From NCBI GenBank assembly GCA_025934645.1, contig JAICWY010000003.1, positions 14,670 to 78,669 of the forward strand: DNA of 64,000 nt, read 5' to 3'. The notes beneath the pieces are model-generated. The model did not search any database and was not told where the DNA came from. It saw only the letters and a list, made by a program, of their open reading frames with translations. Below, one piece after another: positions 57,402 through 64,000 of this stretch; positions within the stretch are counted from its first letter, which is position 1, and each line of letters starts with the position of its first letter. The position numbers and the translations under genes were made by a program. Origin of the DNA: Candidatus Eremiobacteria bacterium (GTDB lineage: Bacteria > Vulcanimicrobiota > Vulcanimicrobiia > Vulcanimicrobiales > Vulcanimicrobiaceae).

Positions 57402-57428
57402 GTCCCGCCCTCTACCGGCGGGGCTTTT
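57402..57428 (+). terminator. clpC intrinsic terminator
   Basis: GUCCCGCC (57402-57409) / GGCGGGGC (57417-57424) stem, a 7-nt loop, then UUUU. An A4 run precedes the stem. Confidence 0.55.
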
Positions 57429-57448
57429 CGATAAGGCGGCCTGCAGCC

Positions 57449-57458
57449 ATGATATAAT
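57449..57458 (+). promoter_or_regulatory. Extended -10 promoter element TGATATAAT
   Basis: caTGaTATAATtc, 33 nt upstream of ATG 57491. No clear -35. Confidence 0.35.
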
Positions 57459-57490
57459 TCGGGAAACGTTCGCTCGAGAGGTGTGCGTCG

Positions 57491-58255
57491 ATGTGGATGG
57501 CTCTTGCATTTGCGGGAAGCGTCGCGGTTCAGCCCCAGCCGTCGCCGACACCGCTGAAGACGATTACAAGCGTGCATTCCACGCCGTTTTGCACCGCGTT
57601 CGGCGATAATATCCGCCACGGCGTTGAAGGCGTGCTCGTGAACGACGATCTCTTCAAGCGTACCGAACCCGTGTTTTTGAAGGCCGCTCACGACCTCGTG
57701 ATGGGCGGCCCTTTGGAATCCTCGTTCAACTCAATGCATGCAGCGCAGCCCAGCGGAGACAACGCTTCGGTCGTACTCGATATGGCGCGCATCCAAGAGA
57801 TCGACGGCGCGATTGTGAAAAATTTGCAGAAGATCGATGCGTTGCTGAACGATACCACGCGCTTTCCGAAAGAAGCCAAAACGCCTGACGAGCAGCGGCT
57901 CGTGGCGCTTCGCGCGCAGTTGCTTAGCGTAGCAAAACAGCAGAACGACGAGCTCAACATTTTGAGCGGTACAAGCGAAGAGTACATGCTCGACCGGTTG
58001 TACAGCCGCGACGTGAGTTTGGGCGGGGCATTGTCGGCAAACGGCAAGCCGTTGCCCGACGTCGGAACGCTAGGCGGCGGACCGCTGCAAAGTAAGAGCG
58101 ACGCCGCCAATCCCGTGCTGCTGCAAAACAATCTGTTCATGAACAGCACGATGGGGCAGATGTACCGGGCGCTCCTGACGCGCGTCAACCGGGAGCAGGC
58201 GATGGAGATGCCGCTCGCGCGCGCCCTCGTCGAGGCCGCGGCTTCGTGCCGCTAG
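57491..58255 (+). CDS. Hypothetical helical protein
   Basis: 254-aa ORF with a GAGAGG box upstream and normal composition. No family recognised. Confidence 0.5.
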   Translation: MWMALAFAGSVAVQPQPSPTPLKTITSVHSTPFCTAFGDNIRHGVEGVLVNDDLFKRTEPVFLKAAHDLVMGGPLESSFNSMHAAQPSGDNASVVLDMARIQEIDGAIVKNLQKIDALLNDTTRFPKEAKTPDEQRLVALRAQLLSVAKQQNDELNILSGTSEEYMLDRLYSRDVSLGGALSANGKPLPDVGTLGGGPLQSKSDAANPVLLQNNLFMNSTMGQMYRALLTRVNREQAMEMPLARALVEAAASCR

Positions 58256-58308
58256 CTGCCAAAGAGCTGACATAGAGTAGCGCACGCGCGTTTGCCGAAG
58301 AGCGCGCC

Positions 58309-61221
58309 ATGCGTATACTCGCCGTGCTGCTGATGGCAATCTCGCCATCGCTTTTTTCGAATCTGCAATTCCGCAACATCGGGCCACTCTCGGGCCGCAT
58401 CGACACAGTCGCGGGCGTCGCCGGAGATCCGCGAACGTACTACGCGGGCGGCCTTGGCGGTTTGTTCAAATCAACCGACGGCGGCGTTTCGTGGGAATCG
58501 ATCTTCAATAAGCAGCCGGTGAGCTCGGTGAACGCGATTGCGGTCGCGCCTTCGGACCCTAACGTGCTGTACCTGGGCACGGGCGAGGCGAATCTGCGTA
58601 ACGATATCGCGTTCGGTGACGGCGTTTGGCGCTCGGCAGACGCCGGCAAAACGTGGCAGCACGTCGGGCTCGAGCAAAGCGGCCACATTGCGAAGATTGC
58701 GGTAGACGCGACCAATCCGGACCGCGCGTTCGTCGCAGCGCTCGGCGATGCGTACAAGCCGGGCGAGATGCGCGGCATTTACCGCACGACGGATGGCGGC
58801 AAAACGTGGCAGCGCGTCCTGTATACCGACGATCGCACCGGCGCGTCCAGCGTCGTAATCGATCCGGCGAATCCAAATCACGTGCTGGCCGGCATGTGGG
58901 AAGGTTGGCGCACCGGATATCATTTGAATAGCGGCGGCCCCAATGACGGATTGTATGAATCCACCGACGGCGGCGCGCATTTCACGCGTCTGCGCGGCAA
59001 CGGGTTGCCCTCGGGCGTAACGGGCCGGATCGCTATCGCTTTTGCGCCGGACAAACCGCAGCGCGTATACGCGCTCATCGAGTCGGCGGAGGGCTCGCTC
59101 TGGCGCAGCGACGATTCGGGCAAGACCTGGAAATTGGTCAACAAGAGCCACGGCATCGACCAGCGTCCGTTTTACTTCACATCGCTCACCGTCGATCCGA
59201 AAAATGCGGACCACGTGTATTTCATGTCGGTGCAGATGTGGGAATCGAAAGACGGCGGCGCGACCGCGAAGACGCTGCGCGGAACGCGCGGCGGCGATTA
59301 CCACCAGCTGTGGATCGATCCGCAAGACGCGCAGCGCATGATCGCCGGCGACGACGGCGGCGCGCAGATCACCATCGGCGCGCCAAAAGGGTGGACGAAT
59401 GCGCCCATCGCCGTCGCGCAGGCATACCATGTCGACACCGACGATCGCAACCCATACACTGTGTGCTCGGAGACGCAAGATTCGGGCAGCGCGTGCGGTC
59501 CCAGCAATAGCTTGGGATTCGGCGGCATCCCCATCAACTCGTGGTTTTCCGCGGGCGGCGGCGAGAGCGGCTGGATTGTCTTCGACCGCGCGAATTCGAA
59601 TTTGATTTACGGCGACGGCTATCAAGGCGCGCTCACGCAGTACGATCGCCGCACGCAGCAAGCGCGCGAGATCGACGTCTGGCCGGAAGATGCGATGGGC
59701 TGGCCGGCCGCGCCGCTCAAATACCGCTTCCAGTGGACCTCACCACTGGCCATTTCGCCGGAGCATCCACACCGCTTGTACATGGGCGGCAACAAAGTTT
59801 TCGCGACCGATAACGGCGGTCAAACCTGGCGCGCGATGAGTCCGGATCTCACGCGCAACGAGAAGCAGTTCCAGCAATTCTCAGGCGGCGCAATCACACG
59901 CGACAACACGAGCGTTGAATACTACGACACAATCTTCACCATCGCCGAATCGCCTCTGCGCGGCGGCGAACTGTGGGTGGGAACGGACGACGGGCTTGTT
60001 TGGACGACGCGCGATAACGGGGCGCATTGGACGAACGTCACGCCGGCGGCCTTACAACATGACGCGCCTGGCAAATGGGCGCGCATTGACTACGTCGATC
60101 CCTCGCCGTTCGATCCCGCGACCGCCTATATGGTTGCCGACTATCACAAATCCGGCGATCGCGCGCCGCACTTTTACAAGACACACGACTACGGCAAACA
60201 CTGGACCGCCATTGCGAGCGATTTGCCGTCATACAGTTACGGCCGCATGATCAAAGCCGATCCGGTTCGCCGCGGCATGCTGTACGCGGGAACGGAAACG
60301 GGGCTGTGGCTTTCGTACGATGACGGCGCCCACTGGATCGCGCTGCAGAATAACCTGCCCGTTGCACCGGTGTACGACTTTACGGTGCAAAAGACGTTCG
60401 ACGACCTCGTCGTCGGCACGCACGGCCGCGCTATCTGGATCCTCGACGATCTGCGCCCGCTGCAGGAGTTGAACGATCGCATCGCTGCCGAGCCGCTGCA
60501 TCTGTTCACCTCGCGGCCCGCATACCGTTACATGCGCGGCAGCTTCAACGAATCGAATTGGGGCGGCCAAGATCCGCAGTACGGAGCGGACATAAACTTC
60601 TATCTCAAAGATGCAACCGCGAAAAACGTCAGCGTGGACGTGCTCGAGAACGGGCGCGTGATCCGCACACTTAAAGTGGAGAAACCCCAAGCCGGCATCA
60701 ACCGCGTGTGGTGGGATCTGCAATACGAGCCGATGCATCCGGTGAAAAAATACGTGCCTTGGGGCGAGGGCGGATTCGATGGTCCGCTCGTGTTACCGGG
60801 ATCCTACACGGTCCGGGTGCGCAGCGGCCGCGACGTTGCGTCGGGAACCCTCGCTGTCCGCTTGGATCCGCGGTCCCATGCAAGCATGGCGGCCTTGCGC
60901 GCGCAACTTGCCTTCTTGCAACGCGTCCGCGGCGACCTCGGTAAACTCAGCGAAACGATCGACGCGCTCAACGCCCGCAAAGCAAAGGCCGCCAACGCCG
61001 CGCAGATCGACGCGCTGCTGCACAAGATCTACGAGCCGGAAGTGACGGAAGGCGAAGACGCGCTGCGTTATCCGCAGCAGGTGTACGGCAAGCTCGCATA
61101 TCTGGGTGGAACGGCATCGGCCGCGGACGCCGCGCCGGCGTCCTCGCAATATCAGGTGCTCGATACGCTCGAGCGTCAAGCCGCGCAGCTCGAGCGCGAG
61201 GCGCAAACGCTGCTGCGCTAG
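58309..61221 (+). CDS. Sortilin/VPS10-type BNR-repeat double-propeller protein (glycosyl-hydrolase-like)
   Basis: Repeated Asp-box/BNR units: STDGGVSW, SADAGKTW, TTDGGKTW, STDGGAHF, SDDSGKTW, SKDGGAT, TDNGGQTW, TRDNGAHW, THDYGKHW, YDDGAHW. Confidence 0.8.
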   Translation: MRILAVLLMAISPSLFSNLQFRNIGPLSGRIDTVAGVAGDPRTYYAGGLGGLFKSTDGGVSWESIFNKQPVSSVNAIAVAPSDPNVLYLGTGEANLRNDIAFGDGVWRSADAGKTWQHVGLEQSGHIAKIAVDATNPDRAFVAALGDAYKPGEMRGIYRTTDGGKTWQRVLYTDDRTGASSVVIDPANPNHVLAGMWEGWRTGYHLNSGGPNDGLYESTDGGAHFTRLRGNGLPSGVTGRIAIAFAPDKPQRVYALIESAEGSLWRSDDSGKTWKLVNKSHGIDQRPFYFTSLTVDPKNADHVYFMSVQMWESKDGGATAKTLRGTRGGDYHQLWIDPQDAQRMIAGDDGGAQITIGAPKGWTNAPIAVAQAYHVDTDDRNPYTVCSETQDSGSACGPSNSLGFGGIPINSWFSAGGGESGWIVFDRANSNLIYGDGYQGALTQYDRRTQQAREIDVWPEDAMGWPAAPLKYRFQWTSPLAISPEHPHRLYMGGNKVFATDNGGQTWRAMSPDLTRNEKQFQQFSGGAITRDNTSVEYYDTIFTIAESPLRGGELWVGTDDGLVWTTRDNGAHWTNVTPAALQHDAPGKWARIDYVDPSPFDPATAYMVADYHKSGDRAPHFYKTHDYGKHWTAIASDLPSYSYGRMIKADPVRRGMLYAGTETGLWLSYDDGAHWIALQNNLPVAPVYDFTVQKTFDDLVVGTHGRAIWILDDLRPLQELNDRIAAEPLHLFTSRPAYRYMRGSFNESNWGGQDPQYGADINFYLKDATAKNVSVDVLENGRVIRTLKVEKPQAGINRVWWDLQYEPMHPVKKYVPWGEGGFDGPLVLPGSYTVRVRSGRDVASGTLAVRLDPRSHASMAALRAQLAFLQRVRGDLGKLSETIDALNARKAKAANAAQIDALLHKIYEPEVTEGEDALRYPQQVYGKLAYLGGTASAADAAPASSQYQVLDTLERQAAQLEREAQTLLR

Positions 61222-61466
61222 CCGACGCGCTGCCAGCCGCGTACGATCGGATACGCGGCAAATTGGAACTCTTGGCCGTCATCGTTTTCAGAAACGAACG
61301 TGGCGGCCCACGGTTCGAAGCCGTTGCGCGTGCGCTTATCGAAATCGAAGCCGCTCGCTTCAGCGGTTTTGCGCGCGGCGCGCTCCTCGCAGTCTTCGCG
61401 CTTCGCCTTGCCGATCTCCAAGGGAAGCGTATGCATGTAATCGCCCCAAACGTGCCACGTGCTCAT
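61218..61466 (-). CDS. Hypothetical 82-aa protein
   Basis: MSTWHVWGDYMHTLPLEIGKAKREDCEERAARKTAEASGFDFDKRTRNGFEPWAATFVSENDDGQEF... has protein-like composition, whereas the plus-strand ORF at 61263 is Ala/Arg noise. Confidence 0.4.
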   Translation of the reverse strand: MSTWHVWGDYMHTLPLEIGKAKREDCEERAARKTAEASGFDFDKRTRNGFEPWAATFVSENDDGQEFQFAAYPIVRGWQRVG

Positions 61467-61531
61467 GATCTATAGGTGCCGCGTACGCGGTCGTATTAAA
61501 CGCCGGAGCGGGGAGGCGCTTGCTCGAGCTG

Positions 61532-61909
61532 CTAACGAAACGCGCAGTGCGGACCTCCGAACGCGACGGTGATGTGCCCGATACGCTCGTCGCGCGGCGT
61601 AACGATGAGGCAGCCGCCGATCGCTTCGGGGATATCGAGCCATTTGAATTCCGCGACGATCTGCGCGCCCTGCATTTTCCAGCGGATCACGTGAATCTGA
61701 TCGTCCGGCGGATCGGTCGCGAACTTTGCTGCGATCGCAGCGTGACCGGTGAACGGGCCGTAATCGTTGATGCCTTCGAACTCGAGCACGGCATCATCCG
61801 CAAATAAATCGACGAAGGTCGCAAAATTGCCGTTCCGTACGCTTGCGTTGAACGCCGAGACGAGGCGCTGAAGGAACGGCCCGGCTTGCTCGGGCGTGAA
61901 GGCGATCAT
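61532..61909 (-). CDS. SnoaL/NTF2-like fold protein
   Basis: FLQRLVSAFNASVRNGNFATFVDLFADDAVLEFEG...GPFTGHAAIAAKF.......I.V......GAQIVAEF.W is the typical SnoaL-like pattern. The upstream Arg-rich part of the track ORF was discarded. Confidence 0.7.
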   Translation of the reverse strand: MIAFTPEQAGPFLQRLVSAFNASVRNGNFATFVDLFADDAVLEFEGINDYGPFTGHAAIAAKFATDPPDDQIHVIRWKMQGAQIVAEFKWLDIPEAIGGCLIVTPRDERIGHITVAFGGPHCAFR

Positions 61910-61972
61910 AATCGTATCGTAATTCGGGGACCGCAGGCCCGCAAGCCGCATGGCGCGTAACCGGGTTACCGG

Positions 61973-63682
61973 ATGAATCTGCCTGCTCTGTTCTTTGCAC
62001 TGGCCGTGCAAGTCACGCCGCCGCCGACCCCACCCGCCATCTACACGCCGCCTCCATCGCCTTCGCCGTCCGCTCCCGCAAGCGCAACGCCGCTGCCTTC
62101 GGAGTCGCCCGCGCCGAGTGCGCTCACCGCTACGCCGGCCGCGTTGAATCTGCAGCCGCGCCAGACGCAAAGCGTGAGCATCGGTAATGCGAGCGGTCCG
62201 GTTACCGCATCGATCGACGTGCCGCTCGCGACGATCGCCGTCGACCAGAACGCGCGCACGTTGACCGTTACGGCCGGTGCGCAAACGGGACGCGCGACGA
62301 TTACCGTTTACGACGGCACGGGCGCAAGCTTGCAGATCCCTCTGCGCGTCGCGCTGCCGGCCGCCACGATACCGGCAACGATCGCGCTGCGCGTCACGGG
62401 AGATCCGGTGGATCAAGCGTGGTTACAGAAGCAACTGCAGCAAGCCGTGCTCAAAGCGGTGCAGCTGCAGCAAGGCGTTGCGCCGCAAAGCGTTCAGATC
62501 GGATCGTACAGTCTGCCGCCTTCCCTGGGACCCGGCGCATCCGCGGGCGTGCCGGTGCCGGTGCACGTTGCGGGCGGCGATCGGTATCTCGACGCCGACG
62601 CGCAAGTCAGCGTGACGCTGGAGAACGTGGCGCTCGATCCGTTCGCACCACCGCTGCTGTTCTACGATGACGATCCGGAGAAGATCGTCCAGAACGGCGT
62701 GCTGTACCGGGCGCACGTCAATCCCGGAGCACCGGCACGCCTCTACTACTATCACCAAAACACCGCGGATGCGCGCCGCTTGCTCGTGCTGCTGAGCGCT
62801 GCGGGCGCGCAGACGTCGACCGTGCAGCTGATCGACGCGTCGGCGGGCCCGAACATCGACGTGATGAGCGTGGGACATGCGGTCTCGCGCGATTTTCTGA
62901 CGTACAAGCCCCGCAACCAGGGCGTCGTCGTCGACGTAACGCCCGGCGCGCCGCTGATCGCCGATGATTTCCAGGTAATGAAGCCGCTGGACGGCGCCGC
63001 CGGCAACATCGGCATACGGATCGTGAGCGGCGGGCCGGTCACGGTTACCGTCGTCGCGGTGCCGGCGCAAGCGAGCGCGCAGGACGTGGCGGCATTCGCA
63101 GCCGGTCCTCAGTTGCCCGGCGACGGACATCACCGCACCGGCATCTTCAACATTGCGGCATACGGCACGGAGACCATCGCTTATAGTACCGCCGGTCCGG
63201 ACGCGCAATTTCAATACGGCGCGGCCTCGCCGCCACTCGCGAATCCTCCGGCATCTACCGGCCACGATTACGGCGAGTACGGCGTGATGCGAACGCTTAC
63301 GTTCGAGGTCGAGAATCCGTCGGCCGATCCCGCGACGGTGTATCTGTACGAACGCCCGATGGGCGGCGTCGTGCGCAGCAGCTTCTTAGTGAACGGCGCG
63401 CTGGTGCAAGTCGGGTGCGCGCGCGTCTCAAACCGGTATCAAATTGGGCCGCCGTTCGCGGCCGCGTCCGGAAAATCGCAGATCCAGGTGCAGACCATGA
63501 CCGACGGCGGCTCCAATTATCCGCTCGAAGTCGGTTTGACGACGACGCCGCCCGAAGCCGTCACGCCGGCGATCACCGCGGCCGACGGCTGTTTTCCAAA
63601 ACCGCAGTCAACGTCTACGCCCGCGCCGGGCGCGACACCGCCCGTTCCAATGCCCGAACCAACGGGAAGAGCCCGGTTTTGA
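61973..63682 (+). CDS. Secreted hypothetical protein (Pro/Thr/Ser-rich N-terminus, Ig-like segment, large unknown C-terminal domain)
   Basis: Hydrophobic N-terminus MNLPALFFALAVQV. PT-rich linkers at both ends. Big_2-like LTVTAGAQTGRATITVYDGTG. A conserved-looking core LYRAHVNPGAPARLYYYHQN. Confidence 0.6.
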   Translation: MNLPALFFALAVQVTPPPTPPAIYTPPPSPSPSAPASATPLPSESPAPSALTATPAALNLQPRQTQSVSIGNASGPVTASIDVPLATIAVDQNARTLTVTAGAQTGRATITVYDGTGASLQIPLRVALPAATIPATIALRVTGDPVDQAWLQKQLQQAVLKAVQLQQGVAPQSVQIGSYSLPPSLGPGASAGVPVPVHVAGGDRYLDADAQVSVTLENVALDPFAPPLLFYDDDPEKIVQNGVLYRAHVNPGAPARLYYYHQNTADARRLLVLLSAAGAQTSTVQLIDASAGPNIDVMSVGHAVSRDFLTYKPRNQGVVVDVTPGAPLIADDFQVMKPLDGAAGNIGIRIVSGGPVTVTVVAVPAQASAQDVAAFAAGPQLPGDGHHRTGIFNIAAYGTETIAYSTAGPDAQFQYGAASPPLANPPASTGHDYGEYGVMRTLTFEVENPSADPATVYLYERPMGGVVRSSFLVNGALVQVGCARVSNRYQIGPPFAAASGKSQIQVQTMTDGGSNYPLEVGLTTTPPEAVTPAITAADGCFPKPQSTSTPAPGATPPVPMPEPTGRARF

Positions 63683-63731
63683 GGCCATTTTGATGGCCGC
63701 GTAGCCATCACGGTGGCACAATCGAATCAGC

Positions 63732-64000
63732 ATGGAACGTACGAACGAACCGAAAATCGTCTTGCTCGTCCGCTTGCTCAATGCAATCGACGAAGGCCGT
63801 TTCTCTTTCGAAGAACTGAAAGACCGCATCTCCGAGGGCGAACACCGTCCCTCTACCCGTAGTTTGCGACGATACCTGGCCGTTCTGGCCGATGCGGGTT
63901 TCCCGTGGTACTTCGATCGCGCGACGAACACGTACCGCTTTACCGAAGGCTACAGCCTTAAGCGCATGGAGCTGAGCAACAGCGAACTGTTCGGCTTGGT
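63732..64000 (+). CDS. HTH-domain transcriptional regulator, YafY/WYL-regulator-like N-terminus (3' end outside window)
   Basis: MERTNEPKIVLLVRLLNAIDEGRFSFEELKDRISEGEHRPSTRSLRRYLAVLADAGFPWYFDRATNTYRF resembles the HTH_11-type N-terminus of WYL-domain regulators. The ORF is open to the window edge, so it is absent from the track. Confidence 0.55.
   Translation, partial: MERTNEPKIVLLVRLLNAIDEGRFSFEELKDRISEGEHRPSTRSLRRYLAVLADAGFPWYFDRATNTYRFTEGYSLKRMELSNSELFGL

Noticed and set aside
58471-59661. 396-aa antisense ORF inside the BNR-repeat gene. Similar long antisense or off-frame ORFs occur at 56024-57136 (clpC), 38770-39777 (MFS), 49711-50832 (LptD-like/pccB), 23345-24103, 7330-8244, 9148-10107, 13617-14750 and 62423-63265.
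   Set aside because: All have Arg/Ala-rich low-complexity composition and no motifs. Each lies opposite or out of frame to a gene with strong family signatures.
61910-62416. Upstream Arg-rich 168 codons of ORF 61532-62416
   Set aside because: The composition (RRRWRRRVDGGWGRRRR...) is non-protein-like, and the stretch is antisense to the start of the 569-aa secreted-protein gene. The SnoaL-like domain begins at ATG 61909.

Overview
GC-rich (by eye about two-thirds G+C, with G/C-dominated third codon positions) chromosomal segment of a diderm bacterium. It is densely packed with about 70 protein genes, many joined by 4-nt ATGA/GTGA start-stop overlaps. I saw no rRNA, tRNA, CRISPR array, transposase or integrase.

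Content is mostly housekeeping. In window order:
- a cytochrome c peroxidase fragment, then AraC and TrmB regulators
- a 1439-aa chimeric sensor (histidine kinase-receiver-PAS-GAF-PP2C-RsbW-like)
- a cbb3 oxidase operon (ccoN-ccoO-small TM-atypical mono-haem CcoP) lying co-oriented downstream of an S1-domain protein and a Gln-rich secreted protein
- PilZ-msrB-hydrolase
- two divergent CarboxypepD_reg/TonB-dependent-receptor-like outer-membrane genes
- pterin dehydratase, DUF167 and a tandem retropepsin-like protease
- a cytoplasmic peptidoglycan-recycling cluster (ABC ATPase-nagZ-beta-lactamase-fold hydrolase-anmK-sugar kinase-murQ) plus an lmo0937-type micro-ORF and an exported DUF4127 protein
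- an aromatic amino-acid operon (pheA::DAHP synthase fusion-aroA-aroH-tyrA), divergent from proC and an MFS sugar porter
- a methylmalonyl/propionyl-CoA module (epimerase, mutase catalytic chain, carboxylase alpha and beta, fabI)
- BNR/Asp-box proteins, sufT-like, clpC, and several secreted hypotheticals
- the 5' end of an HTH (WYL-type?) regulator at the right edge

The signals not explained by the ORF track are:
1. A 390-bp divergent control region (37438-37830). It has back-to-back promoters and two apparently leaderless leader peptides, one Tyr/Phe/Trp-rich facing the aromatic operon and one PPPP-containing facing proC. Each is followed by an intrinsic terminator just before the structural gene.
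2. A roughly 215-bp long-armed palindromic element after pccB.
3. A terminator hairpin whose loop holds the start codon of the DUF4127 gene.
4. Three micro-ORFs below the track cutoff.
5. Repeated near-zero or overlapping divergent start codons.

All family assignments are from motif recognition by eye. No database search was run.
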